NCBI GenBank assembly: GCA_965216635.1
Contig: OZ244188.1
Span: 1,440,001 to 1,504,000, forward strand
Direction: 5' to 3'
DNA: 64,000 nucleotides
Source of the DNA: a bacterium
GTDB lineage: Bacteria; SAR324; XYD2-FULL-50-16; G965216635
Positions within the stretch are counted from its first letter, which is position 1. The number at the start of each line of letters is the position of its first letter. The translations under genes were made by a program, and so were the position numbers. The notes under the pieces were generated by a model that did not search any database, was not told the origin of the DNA, and saw only the letters and a program-made list of their open reading frames with translations. Shown here in pieces: positions 49,224 to 60,064 of this stretch.

Positions 49224-50663
49224 CTATTGGTGTAAAATAAGATGTTGTCCGTGCTTTAGTAGTTTTTGTCCTTTAGCCAAAGACAATACACTTCTAGTGT
49301 GCATGAAATATACTTGCTTACCTGTACTTACTTCTTGTTGTTTGTATTCTCTTTCATCCCCGTGGATAGACCCCTTACCAGCATCAATAAATGTATGATC
49401 TGTTAAGGGATCTGGAATGTAATTTTTCAAAAAATCTTTTCTTTTTTCACTAAAAACTTTCATTTGATTCAGCTCTTTAATTTTGTTTTTACTAGCGTGA
49501 TCTCCTGATACAAACAAAGTAGTATTTTCTGAAGAATCCGCTTTGGAAACAGACATCTTTATCCCAATCGCTGGAATGACATGCAAGGAGTGAAATACTT
49601 CTATTTGAACGCCAAATAGCTCAAATAGCTTATCAGGGTAAATAGGGTGGTAATTGAAATATTTTTTTGCTTCGTCGTAAGAGCATTGTAATGCTGCTAC
49701 CGCTTTGAGTAAAATACAATGAAAAACAACAGGGATAGTGTAAATCTCTACGGGCTTATCTTCACAGATGATTTGTGCAATATCTAAATGATCTTCGTGA
49801 ACATGAGAAATAAAAACAGCATCCATATCTTTTACACTCAAACCTAACTGCTTCAAATGGGTTTCTGTGTAGCCGGGGCAATCCCACAATACCCATTTCC
49901 CTTTCACGCGTATTAAATAACCATTTGCGGGAGCTAAAGGATCAAAGCCTTCACTAGCCCCCAAAACCCTTAAAGAAAAAATATCACTCTCTGGATCGCT
50001 TTCTTCTGAAAGTAACGGAGAATGATTGACGGGATAACAAGGTTCTTGAGGTTCAGCAAAATTAATATCACATACATAAGAATCTTTCCGATATTTGATA
50101 TTGTATTTATTTTTATCAAAATGCTCTATTACAATACTATTTCTTGCTGCCATAGTTTCCCCAATTTCTACAGTTTCTCCTATATCCAATGGCAAAAACT
50201 GTATAAAATCTTCTATTTGCAAAATAGAATTGTCGTGCCTCTTTAGTGCAAAATACTCATTTTCTTTAATAATTTGCGCAAGTTCCTCTGTATCTATCTT
50301 TTCTGTCAACCCAAGCAATGAATCAATTTTTTCTATCTCTTCTCTTCTGATGCCTAGCAAAGTTACCCGAATAAGCTCTTTTAATAAGTTTAAGTAAGAC
50401 TTAGGCGCAAAAAGCTTTAGTTTTATCCCTCTCGCCAAGCCTTTTTGCACGAAAAGAAAATGATAAATCAAAAACTCTACAGAAGCTTGGAAGGTAAAAT
50501 GTTTCGCCAAAGTATCTGGGATAACTACAATAGATGGCAAAGCCTGTTTTTGAAATAAAAGAAATTTTAATACCTCTGCTGGGCATCCAAAGAGTACAGC
50601 ATTAATAGAGGTAGTATAAAGTTTTGATCCTGGTAATATTTCTTTTTCTGAAAGAGAAGTCAT
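49224..50663 (-). CDS. Metallo-beta-lactamase-fold hydrolase
   Basis: GASEGFDP, WDCP, SHVHEDH, SLH, SGD, IHG, MH. Confidence 0.8.
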   Translation of the reverse strand: MTSLSEKEILPGSKLYTTSINAVLFGCPAEVLKFLLFQKQALPSIVVIPDTLAKHFTFQASVEFLIYHFLFVQKGLARGIKLKLFAPKSYLNLLKELIRVTLLGIRREEIEKIDSLLGLTEKIDTEELAQIIKENEYFALKRHDNSILQIEDFIQFLPLDIGETVEIGETMAARNSIVIEHFDKNKYNIKYRKDSYVCDINFAEPQEPCYPVNHSPLLSEESDPESDIFSLRVLGASEGFDPLAPANGYLIRVKGKWVLWDCPGYTETHLKQLGLSVKDMDAVFISHVHEDHLDIAQIICEDKPVEIYTIPVVFHCILLKAVAALQCSYDEAKKYFNYHPIYPDKLFELFGVQIEVFHSLHVIPAIGIKMSVSKADSSENTTLFVSGDHASKNKIKELNQMKVFSEKRKDFLKNYIPDPLTDHTFIDAGKGSIHGDEREYKQQEVSTGKQVYFMHTRSVLSLAKGQKLLKHGQHLILHQ

Positions 50664-50693
50664 AATAGAAAATAAAAATTACTAATGCTTATT

Positions 50694-50898
50694 GAGACCT
50701 TTGCCAATAGCGAAATCGGCATTCTAGTTCGGCTATGCAGAGTTTAAAAAAAATGCCCCTTGAAATACTCTTAATCTCTTGACGCAAAATAAAGTTTTAT
50801 GATATTTTTGCGAGCTAAAAAAATTTTTCGCACTTTTCTAAACATTTGGCTAGCCGTCACAGCTGGTTTTGTCCTATTTGGCAAAATTCAAAAGTCTA
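50694..50898. mobile_element. Palindromic MITE-like repeat, copy 12
   Basis: GAGACCTTTGC...AATTCAAAAGTCTA with GCGAGCTAAAA and GCTAGCCGTCAC core. Confidence 0.8.
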
Positions 50899-51023
50899 TA
50901 AGATAGAAAATCTACCCTAAATTTTGCTGTATAGCAAATAAATTTTACTATCTAGAATAGTTTTTTTTTAAATTAGGAAATTTTTAAAATCAAAATAACT
51001 AATAAAACTAATTAAGAAAATAA

Positions 51024-51350
51024 CTATTCCGTAATAATCTCACAAAACCCAGAAAAAGAAAAAATTTTATCTATTTCTAAGTTTCTAGTCTTAATATTGC
51101 CTGCTAGTTCCCCATTGTGACTTAAATATACATTTTCTTTGGCTAAAACAGAGCCACTGGTTTTACCGCTAGAAATAAAATTTTTAGCAACAATATCAGC
51201 ATCAATTTGAGCTTCTTCTCCTACTGTCACTGTGTTTTGGCTTTGAATTTTTCCTGTAACCTTGCCATCTATTCTAATATTTCCTTGAAATTCCATATTC
51301 CCATTTAAAATTAGGTTGCTAGAAATAAAACTAGCTAATTTAGATTTCAT
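51024..51350 (-). CDS. Bactofilin (polymer-forming cytoskeletal protein)
   Basis: GNMEFQGNIRIDGKVTGKI...G..AGNIKT beta-helix pattern; downstream of parB. Confidence 0.88.
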   Translation of the reverse strand: MKSKLASFISSNLILNGNMEFQGNIRIDGKVTGKIQSQNTVTVGEEAQIDADIVAKNFISSGKTSGSVLAKENVYLSHNGELAGNIKTRNLEIDKIFSFSGFCEIITE

Positions 51351-52255
51351 TGTGCATTCTTTATTAAAATTGACATAATCCGATGTAAATCTTGCTCGTT
51401 ATAAAAATGAATAGAAACCAATCCACCTCTTTTTTTTTCAGAAATTTGAACATTTGTTTGCATAATATTTGTTAATTTTTCTTGATATTCTTCCATTTGA
51501 GATTGTGTAAAAAGTTTTTTATCGGATTGTGAATTTAAATTTTTTTTATTTGAATCAGGTCTTATTTGTTGTTTTTTGATTTCTATTTCTACCTCTCTGA
51601 CAGAAAGTTGTTTTTCTAAAATCAGATTCTTAAAAAAAATTTGTGCTTCTGTTTGCCCTAAGGATAATAAGCATTTTGCGTGCCCCATTGTTAATTTTTC
51701 AGCAATAATATCGTCTATAATATCTTTAGGCAGTGTAAGTAATCTCAAAAGATTTGTAATGGTAGAGCGGTTTTTTCCTACTTTTCTAGCTAATTCATCG
51801 TGAGTCAAAGAATTTTCTTCTAGTAGACTATGATAACTCACAGCTTCTTCTATGGGATTCAAATCCTTTCTTTGAATGTTTTCAATCAAAGCCATTTCTC
51901 TAACCTCGTTTTCAGGAATATTGTAAACTATAGATTTAATTTTCTTCATGCCCGCCATCTTTGCTGCACGCCATCTTCTTTCTCCCGCAATAATTTCAAA
52001 ACTATTCAGCCCCTTTGTTCTTAAAACAATAGGTTGAATCACTCCTTTACTTTGGATAGATTGCGCTAACTCTTCTAATCCTTTCAAGGAAAAGTTCTTT
52101 CTTGGCTGCTCTGGATTGTTTGTAATATTTTCTAACGGTACTTCCTGAATAAACTTTTTATTGATATCGCCTATATTGGAATCTAATTTCGGAAAAAGAG
52201 ATTCAAATCCTTTTCCAAGTCCGTTTTTTTTTTTAGCCGTATTGTTTTTTATCAC
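51347..52255 (-). CDS. parB: Chromosome partitioning protein ParB
   Basis: GLGKG, NPEQPR, IIAGERRWRA, ENIQRKDLNPIEEA, HTH. Confidence 0.96.
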   Translation of the reverse strand: MIKNNTAKKKNGLGKGFESLFPKLDSNIGDINKKFIQEVPLENITNNPEQPRKNFSLKGLEELAQSIQSKGVIQPIVLRTKGLNSFEIIAGERRWRAAKMAGMKKIKSIVYNIPENEVREMALIENIQRKDLNPIEEAVSYHSLLEENSLTHDELARKVGKNRSTITNLLRLLTLPKDIIDDIIAEKLTMGHAKCLLSLGQTEAQIFFKNLILEKQLSVREVEIEIKKQQIRPDSNKKNLNSQSDKKLFTQSQMEEYQEKLTNIMQTNVQISEKKRGGLVSIHFYNEQDLHRIMSILIKNAQ

Positions 52256-52258
52256 TTT

Positions 52259-53032
52259 TTATAAATTCTTTTGGTTTTTTGAAATAATTTCTTGAGCCAG
52301 TTTTTGATAGCTTAAACTTCCCTTGCTATCTTTAGCATATAACAATACAGGCTGACCGTGGGAAGGGGCTTCACTTAAGCGGACATTTCTAGGGATTATT
52401 GTATTTAGAACATAGTCATTAAAATATCCTCTAGCTTCGTCTATAACTTGCGAAGAAATATTATTCCTAATATCATACATCGTAGGTAAAATACCTTCTA
52501 TACTTAAATCTAAATTTAATCCTTTTTTGATTCTGTCAATTGTTAAAAAAAGTTGAGCCATACCTTCCATTGCGTAAAATTCACATTGCAGCGGAATTAA
52601 AACACTATTGGCAGATGCTAGTGCATTCACTGTCAATAAGTTTAAAGAGGGAGGGCAGTCTATTAATAAAAAATCATAATTTAACTTATTTTTCAAAAAT
52701 ATTTCTTTTAATTTTAATTCCTTATTCTCCATTTCCGCTAATTCCATTTCTGCAGCGGCTAAATCTATATTTGCAGGAATAATAAATAAATTAGCAATAA
52801 CAGTATCTTTAACCACAGCTTGGAACGACGCTCTCCCTGTAAGCAAATGATAACTGTTAACATCTAGATTTTTTTTATCAATTCCTAAACCGCTAGTACT
52901 ATTACCTTGAGGATCTAAGTCTAAAAGCAAACTTCTTTTTCCCATACTAGAAATAGACGCTGCTAAATTAATACAGGTAGTAGTTTTACCTACTCCACCT
53001 TTTTGATTAGATATTGCTATGATTTTCACCAT
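52259..53032 (-). CDS. parA: Chromosome partitioning ATPase ParA/Soj
   Basis: NQKGGVGKTT, DLDPQGN, IDCPPSL, IPRNVRLSEAPSHG. Confidence 0.96.
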   Translation of the reverse strand: MVKIIAISNQKGGVGKTTTCINLAASISSMGKRSLLLDLDPQGNSTSGLGIDKKNLDVNSYHLLTGRASFQAVVKDTVIANLFIIPANIDLAAAEMELAEMENKELKLKEIFLKNKLNYDFLLIDCPPSLNLLTVNALASANSVLIPLQCEFYAMEGMAQLFLTIDRIKKGLNLDLSIEGILPTMYDIRNNISSQVIDEARGYFNDYVLNTIIPRNVRLSEAPSHGQPVLLYAKDSKGSLSYQKLAQEIISKNQKNL

Positions 53033-53037
53033 AATTT

Positions 53038-53841
53038 TTATCTTGTAGTTTTTACAAGTCGGTTTCTTAATGCTTTCAATTTTAATTCATATTGCTTTTG
53101 GTTGAGTAGATTATTATCTGCTAAACTCAACAACTTTTGATAAGCAAGGATAGAATTTTTTAAATCTCCTTGATTTTCATATATCTTAGCTAATTTACGG
53201 TAAATTTGTATTTGCAGTGATACATCTCTTATTTTTGAAACTGCTTCCTTATAAGCAATTTCTGCCAACTTTACTTTACCTTCTTGTTGATAAGATAAAG
53301 CCAAAAGACTATAAATATCTGATAAAATTTTTTCATCTTCATTATGGTTCTCAATCACTTTTTTAAGAGCAAAGCGAGCATTTTGCTGTTGGTTGATTTT
53401 AATATAACTTCTCGCTATTCCTAGGTAGGCTTTTAGTTCTTCTTGCAATGTAATATCTTCACTATTCAGGATATCCTGATAGGTATAAATAGAATTTTCT
53501 ACATCCGATGAATCTCCTAATTCCTGTATTCTTGCTACATAAAAACTACTCTTAACAAAAAATTCAGAATCAGGAAACTGTTGAATCAAAACCTTGTAAT
53601 AAGAAACAGCTTGATGAGGTTGTTTTAAATCAAACTGATAGATGGCACCTATCCAATAAAGAGAATCATCTGCCAATTTGTGTTTAGGATAAGTTTTTGT
53701 AAAAGCAATGAAATTCTGCAAAGCTTCTCCATACTGATCATTTTCCCAAGCCAAAATGGAAAGATTATAAATATCTTCTGCCTTTTTATTTTGACAACTC
53801 AAAAGCAAACTAACAAAACAAAACAATAAAATTTTTTTCAT
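53038..53841 (-). CDS. TPR-repeat lipoprotein
   Basis: Lipobox LLSC; YP/FP TPR motifs as in BamD/CpoB-like proteins. Confidence 0.8.
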   Translation of the reverse strand: MKKILLFCFVSLLLSCQNKKAEDIYNLSILAWENDQYGEALQNFIAFTKTYPKHKLADDSLYWIGAIYQFDLKQPHQAVSYYKVLIQQFPDSEFFVKSSFYVARIQELGDSSDVENSIYTYQDILNSEDITLQEELKAYLGIARSYIKINQQQNARFALKKVIENHNEDEKILSDIYSLLALSYQQEGKVKLAEIAYKEAVSKIRDVSLQIQIYRKLAKIYENQGDLKNSILAYQKLLSLADNNLLNQKQYELKLKALRNRLVKTTR

Positions 53842-53852
53842 TTATTTTAAGA

Positions 53853-54045
53853 TAGAGCTTTAAATTTCGCCAAATAAGACAAAACCAGCTTTGACTGCTA
53901 ACCAAATGGTTAGAACAGGTGCAAATTTTTTTTTAGCTCGCAGCAATACTGAAGAGCATTTCTTCACAAATGGCAAGAGTTAAAAAAAAATTTTAACGCT
54001 GCATAAACAGCTAGTTTTGTCCTATTTGGCAAATTCAAAAGTCTA
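53853..54045. mobile_element. Palindromic MITE-like repeat, copy 13
   Basis: TAGAGCTTTAAATTTCGCCAAATA...TATTTGGCAAATTCAAAAGTCTA. Confidence 0.8.
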
Positions 54046-54070
54046 TAAGATCTTTGGATTAGTGTTACCT

Positions 54071-56503
54071 TTAAATTTCAATAGGCAGTATTTTAGCAAT
54101 AGAGACCACCTTTTCTCCTTCATTTAAGCGAATAATACGCACTCCTTTGGCTACTCTTAAGGTCTGTCTCACTTGAGAACTATCTATTCTAATAATTTTT
54201 CCGCTATTGGTGATCAGTAAAAATTCATCTTTAGGAGCCACTGCCACACTGTTGACAACCAAACCATCTTTTTCATTTACCCTAAGATTCAGCACTCCCT
54301 TATTATCTCTAGAACCAAGCCTATAGTTTTTTAAAAGACTCCTCTTACCCATACCATTTTCAGCAATAGTCAAAATTTCATTGTCTTCTTTTAAAGTTTC
54401 CAACCCTACTACCTGATCTCCAGTAATTCTAAAACGAATTCCTCTACAGCCTCTCGTCGCTCTACCTTGATTTCTTAAACTATCAGCAGGAAATTTTAAA
54501 GCCATTCCTTTCTTAGTACTAATAAAAATTAAATCTTCTTCAAAACAAAGTTTTGCACCAATCAATTTATCATCCTCGTCTATCACAATAGCCTTCGTTC
54601 CCTTCACTCTGAAGTTTTTATAAGCACTAATAGCAGTTTTTTTAATAACACCTTTCTGGGTTATCATAACCACGGAAGCAGGCAATTCAAAGCCAGATAC
54701 AGGTAAAAAAGAAATAATGGTTTCATTTTCTGCCAAAGGCAAAAAGTTGATAATCATTCTTCCTTTACTGACTCTGGTAACCAACGGTAATTCAAAAACC
54801 CTCTTGGAATACACCTTACCCAAATTACTAAACATCAATACATAATCGTGTGTAGAAGCTACAAACATATGCTCAACAAAATCATCTTCTTTGGTAGTCA
54901 TACCAATTTTTCCTTTGCCTCCTCTGTTCTGAGTGGAGTAGCTTATAGTTGCTATCCGTTTAATATAGCCTACATTACTCATAGTCACTACCATAGATTC
55001 CTTAGTAATCAAATCTGCATCCTCAAGGTCTGTTGGTTTATCTTGCCGAATAAGTGTTTTTCGTTCATCTGCATATTCAGTTTTAATTTCTTGCAATTCT
55101 TTTCTGATAAACTTTAAAATTTCTTCTGGATTAGCCAACAAATGCTCAAAATACTTAATTTTTTCTTTTAGCTCTCTATACTCTGTTTCAATTTTCCCTC
55201 TTTCTAAACCTGTCAATCTTTGCAATCTCATTTCTAAAATAGACTGAGATTGTGCATCGGATAATTGGTAAGTTGTTTTTAAAATTTGTTTTGCTTCTTC
55301 GGAGTTCAAAGAAGTTTTGATCTGCTCCACAATAGGGTCTATATTAGAAATTGCAATTCTCAAACCTTCCAAAATATGAATCCTTGCTTTTGATTTTTCT
55401 AGGTCAAATCTTGTTCTCCGATTTATAATTTCCACTCTATGGTCTAAAAAATAGGTCAGTATTTTTCTAAGACTCATAGTTTGAGGTTGTCCATCCGATA
55501 CAGCCAAACAGTTAATACCGAAACTGGTTTGCATGGAGGTATGTTTATAAAGGTTATTCTCCACAATTTCAGGACTCACTCCCTTTTTAATTTTAATAAA
55601 AATTCTCATTCCTCGTCTATCAGACTCGTCTCTAAGATCTTGAATACCTTGAATCTTTTTCTCTTTTACTAGGTAAGATATTTTTTCTATCAATCTGGCT
55701 TTATTTACCATATAAGGCAATTCTGTAACAATGAGATTACAATCATCTTCTATTTGAGTCTTTGCTCTCACTTTTACTATCCCCTTACCTGTGGTATAAG
55801 CTTCTTTAATTCCTTGATTTCCTAAAATAATCCCCGCTGTTGGAAAATCAGGACCTTTTACCAACTCTAAAAGCTTCTCGTCCTTAGTCTCACCGCCTGC
55901 ATCTATCATATAATCAAGCGCATCTACGATCTCTCCTAAATTATGAGGTGGAATATTTGTTGCCATTCCCACAGCAATACCGCTAGAGCCGTTGATCAGA
56001 AGTAATGGAAGGCGACTAGGCAAAACTGTTGGTTCTTGCAAAGAACCGTCGTAATTTGCTACAAAATCTACAGTTTTTTTCTCTATATCGGCGAGTAATT
56101 CTTGAGATATTTTTTGAAACCTGACTTCTGTATAACGCATAGCGGCTGGCATATCTCCATCCACAGAGCCAAAATTTCCTTGTCCATCAATCAAGGGATA
56201 ACGCATGGAAAAATCTTGAGCCATACGCACAGCCGCTTCATAAACCGCAGTTTCGCCATGCGGATGATATTTCCCGATTACCTCTCCTACAATCCTTGCG
56301 GATTTCATATAGGGTCTGGAATGGGATAAATTTAACTGTTGCATTACATATAAAACCCTGCGGTGCACTGGTTTTAAGCCATCTCGCACATCAGGTAAGG
56401 CTCTACCTACAATAACGCTCATAGCGTATTCTAGGTAAGCAGAGGACATAGTTTGAGAAATATCTACACTGGTTTCTAAATTGGGCTTCAAATATTCTGA
56501 CAT
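54071..56503 (-). CDS. gyrA: DNA gyrase subunit A
   Basis: [25 protein letters not shown], GyrA-box QNRGGKG. ATG 56503 preferred because the longer ORF starts in a repeat. Confidence 0.97.
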   Translation of the reverse strand: MSEYLKPNLETSVDISQTMSSAYLEYAMSVIVGRALPDVRDGLKPVHRRVLYVMQQLNLSHSRPYMKSARIVGEVIGKYHPHGETAVYEAAVRMAQDFSMRYPLIDGQGNFGSVDGDMPAAMRYTEVRFQKISQELLADIEKKTVDFVANYDGSLQEPTVLPSRLPLLLINGSSGIAVGMATNIPPHNLGEIVDALDYMIDAGGETKDEKLLELVKGPDFPTAGIILGNQGIKEAYTTGKGIVKVRAKTQIEDDCNLIVTELPYMVNKARLIEKISYLVKEKKIQGIQDLRDESDRRGMRIFIKIKKGVSPEIVENNLYKHTSMQTSFGINCLAVSDGQPQTMSLRKILTYFLDHRVEIINRRTRFDLEKSKARIHILEGLRIAISNIDPIVEQIKTSLNSEEAKQILKTTYQLSDAQSQSILEMRLQRLTGLERGKIETEYRELKEKIKYFEHLLANPEEILKFIRKELQEIKTEYADERKTLIRQDKPTDLEDADLITKESMVVTMSNVGYIKRIATISYSTQNRGGKGKIGMTTKEDDFVEHMFVASTHDYVLMFSNLGKVYSKRVFELPLVTRVSKGRMIINFLPLAENETIISFLPVSGFELPASVVMITQKGVIKKTAISAYKNFRVKGTKAIVIDEDDKLIGAKLCFEEDLIFISTKKGMALKFPADSLRNQGRATRGCRGIRFRITGDQVVGLETLKEDNEILTIAENGMGKRSLLKNYRLGSRDNKGVLNLRVNEKDGLVVNSVAVAPKDEFLLITNSGKIIRIDSSQVRQTLRVAKGVRIIRLNEGEKVVSIAKILPIEI

Positions 56504-56522
56504 AATGATTATTAAAAGTAAG

Positions 56523-56765
56523 GAGACCTTTTGAATTAGTGTTATGCTTACCCCACTTATGCTTACCCCCACTATTAGGGGGCTAGCCAAATGGTTAGAA
56601 AAGTGCAAAAAAAAATTTAGCTCGCAGCAATATCGTAGTGCCACAATAATGGGACCAGGGATATTCTATGATTTGCATTTAGCAAAAATGAAATGTAAAG
56701 CTAAAACCTGTATAGGTTAAAAGCAATAAACTCGTTTTGGCTAAACAGAACGCTAATTCAGTCTC
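56523..56765. mobile_element. Palindromic MITE-like repeat, copy 14
   Basis: GAGACCTTTTGAATTAG...CTAATTCAGTCTC; internal duplication of TTATGCTTACCCC. Confidence 0.8.
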
Positions 56766-56844
56766 ATAAGGTTATAAAAAGTATAACTGACAAAAAAAAT
56801 TTTATCAAACTTACCTTGTAGGAACAAAAAAAAGAAAAAATCGG

Positions 56845-56932
56845 ATAAAATTTGGTTTTTTATATAAAAATTTGGTTTTTTTAAAAAAAATTTGGTTTTT
56901 TTAAAAAAAATTTGATTTTTTAAAAAAAAAAA
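56845..56932 (+). repeat. 20-bp AT-rich tandem repeat x4 (phased A/T tracts)
   Basis: TTTGGTTTTTTTAAAAAAAA-type unit at 56851, 56871, 56891, 56911. Confidence 0.85.
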
Positions 56933-56991
56933 GGTAAAATATGGCAAGTGCCTAAGTTTTTAGGCAAAAATTAATTATTGAAAGTTAAATT

Positions 56992-58017
56992 ATGACTAAA
57001 ACATTAAAGATTATAGTGCTTGTGATAGCAGTTATCGTTGTAGCTGTTGTTGCTATTTTTGTTTCAAAGAAAAAAGATACAGTAGCTGAAGGCTGTGGAA
57101 ACATTGCAAATGTTAGTATTGCTAACATGAGTTGGGCTTCTGCTGAACTTTATGCTGAAATTGTTAAGCATATCGTAGAAGAAGGATATGGTTGTTCAAC
57201 TAGCTTTTTAGCTGGGGATACTGTGCCTACTGGCGCTTCTATTCTTGCAAAAGGAACTCCTATGATTGCTCCTGAGCTTTGGATTGCGAGTGTACCTAAG
57301 GTAGGCGAAGAATTAGAAAAAGCTGAACCTAAAGTATTGAATGCTGGGAATCCTTTTGGTAACGGTGGTGTAGAAGGTTTCTGGGTACCTCAATATGTTG
57401 TAGACCAGCACGGTATCAAATCTGTGTATGATTTGAAAGAGAACTGGAAACTGTTCACCGAAAAATCTAGCCCTAATAAAGGGGTTTTTTATGGTTGTCC
57501 TCCGGGATGGGGTTGTGAAATTAGTGGCAGTAACCTATTTAAAGCATTGGGGTTAGCGGAAAATTTTATTTTAAGACCTGCTGGTTCAGGTGCCAATTTA
57601 AAAGCCGCCTTTGCTAAAAGATTTAAAGAGAAAAAACCTGTTGTAGGTTATTATTGGGATCCGACAGCTGTGACTGCGAAATATGATCTAGTTAAGCTAG
57701 AATTTCCAGCTCACGATCCAGAAAAATGGACGTGTATTGGAGACAAAGAGTGCCAAAATCCACAGGTAACCGATTATCCAACGGCTTTAGTTCTTACTGC
57801 TGTAGTTTATGAATTAAAAGAAGAAGCACCAGCAGTTTATGAATTTCTTCAAAAGATGAATGTGCCTAATAATGTAGTTGCTAGTATATTAGCTTGGCAA
57901 GATGAAAACAAAGCCAATGGGGAAGAAACAGCGGCCTATTTCCTTCAAAAAGAGGAAAGTATTTGGTCTGAATGGGTTCCCAAAAGCGTAATTGAAAAAG
58001 TAAAAGCTTCTCTTTAA
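56992..58017 (+). CDS. proX: Glycine betaine/proline ABC substrate-binding protein (ProX-like)
   Basis: MSWAS, PELW, GFWVP, CPPGWGC, GYYWDP. Confidence 0.88.
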   Translation: MTKTLKIIVLVIAVIVVAVVAIFVSKKKDTVAEGCGNIANVSIANMSWASAELYAEIVKHIVEEGYGCSTSFLAGDTVPTGASILAKGTPMIAPELWIASVPKVGEELEKAEPKVLNAGNPFGNGGVEGFWVPQYVVDQHGIKSVYDLKENWKLFTEKSSPNKGVFYGCPPGWGCEISGSNLFKALGLAENFILRPAGSGANLKAAFAKRFKEKKPVVGYYWDPTAVTAKYDLVKLEFPAHDPEKWTCIGDKECQNPQVTDYPTALVLTAVVYELKEEAPAVYEFLQKMNVPNNVVASILAWQDENKANGEETAAYFLQKEESIWSEWVPKSVIEKVKASL

Positions 58018-58047
58018 GGTTTTTTATCTTTAAAACTTTAAGAGCAT

Positions 58048-58091
58048 CCACTCAACCTTCCGCCAGTAAATGCTTATAGTAGGTTGGGTGG
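58048..58091 (+). terminator. Hairpin downstream of proX (terminator or mRNA stabiliser)
   Basis: CCACTCAACCT...AGGTTGGGTGG followed by TTTT. Confidence 0.4.
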
Positions 58092-58110
58092 TTTTACACC
58101 TGTAAAATTG

Positions 58111-58164
58111 AAATTTTTTTTAAAACGATGTATAGGCTAAACAGAATGCAAATTCAAAAGTCTA
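58111..58164. repeat. Half MITE-like copy 15
   Basis: AACGATGTATAGGCTAAACAGAATGCAAATTCAAAAGTCTA, right end only. Confidence 0.75.
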
Positions 58165-58192
58165 TTTAATAATAATTTACTAAAAAAACACT

Positions 58193-59146
58193 ATGGCAAA
58201 AGATAATTTTCCTGAAATCATTGATACTAGAGGTTTTAGAGTTGCTATTGACGAAGGTTTTGATAAGGCGATTTTTGAATGGGGTATAGGAGACACCTTA
58301 GAAACATGGTCACTTCCTGTTTTACACACCATTACTGCGATGGAAGATTTTTTAAATTGGCTACCGTGGTGGATTGTATTATTTGTCATTACTTTTGTCA
58401 CTTATAACGCTACCAAACAATGGACTTTTGAAGATTTAAAAAATCAAGAAAAAACACTAAACGAAAAACTGGTAATAGTAACCAAAAACTGGATACCGAC
58501 TGCTATGGCGGGTGGAATGCTTTTTTTATGTGGTTTGGTAGGTTTATGGGAAGTCTCTATGCAAACCATAGCCTTGATGGTTACTGCAACGATTATGGCA
58601 ATTATTATTGGGGTACCGTTGGGTATAGCCATGTCTAGATTCAATTTTGTACAAAAAATCATGCTGCCCGTATTGGATTTAATGCAAACTCTACCGATTT
58701 TTGTTTACCTTATTCCTTTTGTGATGATTTTTGGACCGGGTAAAGTACCGGCACTGCTTGCAACATTAGTTTTTGCCTTACCTCCTGTAATTCGGTTGAC
58801 CGATTTAGGTATCAGGCATGTAGACGCAGAAATTATAGAAGCAGTTACTGCTTTTGGAGCAACACCTAGACAAAAATTATTTACCGCTCAATTACCTTTA
58901 GCATTACCGACTATTATGGCTGGCATCAATCAAACTACAATGCTTGCCTTGTCTATGGTCGTTATTGCTTCTATGATTGGGGCTGGTGGTTTAGGTTTTC
59001 AAGTGTTGCAAGCTGTGACGCGGCTAGAAATAGGCAGAGGATTATTGAGCGGCATAGCAATCGTTTTTTTGGCTATTATATTTGACAGAATAGCTCAATC
59101 CTACGGCAAGAAAATGCAACAACATCTATATCACACTAACGACTAA
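58193..59146 (+). CDS. proW: Glycine betaine/proline ABC permease (ProW-like)
   Basis: LDLMQTLP, EAVTAFGAT, LPLALPTIMAGINQT, MIGAGGLG. Confidence 0.92.
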   Translation: MAKDNFPEIIDTRGFRVAIDEGFDKAIFEWGIGDTLETWSLPVLHTITAMEDFLNWLPWWIVLFVITFVTYNATKQWTFEDLKNQEKTLNEKLVIVTKNWIPTAMAGGMLFLCGLVGLWEVSMQTIALMVTATIMAIIIGVPLGIAMSRFNFVQKIMLPVLDLMQTLPIFVYLIPFVMIFGPGKVPALLATLVFALPPVIRLTDLGIRHVDAEIIEAVTAFGATPRQKLFTAQLPLALPTIMAGINQTTMLALSMVVIASMIGAGGLGFQVLQAVTRLEIGRGLLSGIAIVFLAIIFDRIAQSYGKKMQQHLYHTND

Positions 59147-59150
59147 AAAA

Positions 59151-59990
59151 ATGTTTAAACCAAAAAAAACACAAAAGAAGGAAGTAAAGTTACAAGTCAA
59201 AGAGGTCTATAAAATCTTTGGAGAAAAACCAAACATAGCTTTGAATCATGTCCTTAATGGCACTTCTAAAACAGATTTATTAGATAAATACCAACATACT
59301 CTTGGATTACAAAACATTAGCCTAGATATTTGTGAGGGTGAAGTTTTTGTCGTTATGGGTTTGTCTGGTTCTGGAAAATCTACTTTAATTCGCCATTTCA
59401 ATCGCTTAATAGAGCCCACTTCGGGGCAAATTCTGGTGGATGATATAGATATTTTGCAACTGAATGAAAAAGAATTGCTAGATATGAGAAGACACAAGAT
59501 GAGTATGGTTTTTCAAAGATTTGCTCTTTTGCCCCATAAAACTGTAATAGATAACGTCACTTACGGTTTGATAATAGGTGGAATGGATAAAAAATCTGCG
59601 ATTGAGAAAGCAATGGAGCAAATAGAGATGGTAGGTTTAAAAGGCTATGAAGACCAATACCCTACACAGTGCTCAGGTGGCATGCAGCAAAGAGTAGGAC
59701 TAGCAAGAGCTTTAGCTACAGATGCAGATACTTTGCTCATGGACGAGGCTTTTAGTGCTTTAGATCCTTTAATCAGAGGAGAAATGCAGGATCAACTTCT
59801 AACTTTACAAAAAGATTTACACAAGACTATTATATTTATTACCCACGATATGGACGAAGCAGTTAAAATAGGAGATAGAATTGCTATTCTAAACGATGGA
59901 GAACTCCGTCAATGTAATACTCCCAAAGAGATAATATCTAATCCAGCAGATTCTTATGTTGCTGAATTTGTAAAAAAGATAAAATTATAG
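59151..59990 (+). CDS. proV: Glycine betaine/proline ABC ATPase (ProV-like, no CBS domains)
   Basis: MGLSGSGKST, SGGMQQRVGLARA, MDEAFSALDPLIR. Confidence 0.92.
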   Translation: MFKPKKTQKKEVKLQVKEVYKIFGEKPNIALNHVLNGTSKTDLLDKYQHTLGLQNISLDICEGEVFVVMGLSGSGKSTLIRHFNRLIEPTSGQILVDDIDILQLNEKELLDMRRHKMSMVFQRFALLPHKTVIDNVTYGLIIGGMDKKSAIEKAMEQIEMVGLKGYEDQYPTQCSGGMQQRVGLARALATDADTLLMDEAFSALDPLIRGEMQDQLLTLQKDLHKTIIFITHDMDEAVKIGDRIAILNDGELRQCNTPKEIISNPADSYVAEFVKKIKL

Positions 59991-60064
59991 TGATCTAGTC
60001 TTTACAAGAAAGTATCAATTCAATAATCTCTAATTTTTTTATAAATAAACCACTAAATATACAA

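Noticed and set aside
56504..56644. N-terminal extensions of gyrA (also holA 40760-40804 and MFS 18842-18922) as translated repeat insertions
   Set aside because: They begin at non-ATG codons within the palindromic element, and better starts exist downstream; treated as ORF-caller overextension.
56753..56947. 64-aa F/K-rich ORF
   Set aside because: Translation of the A/T tandem repeat; no coding evidence.
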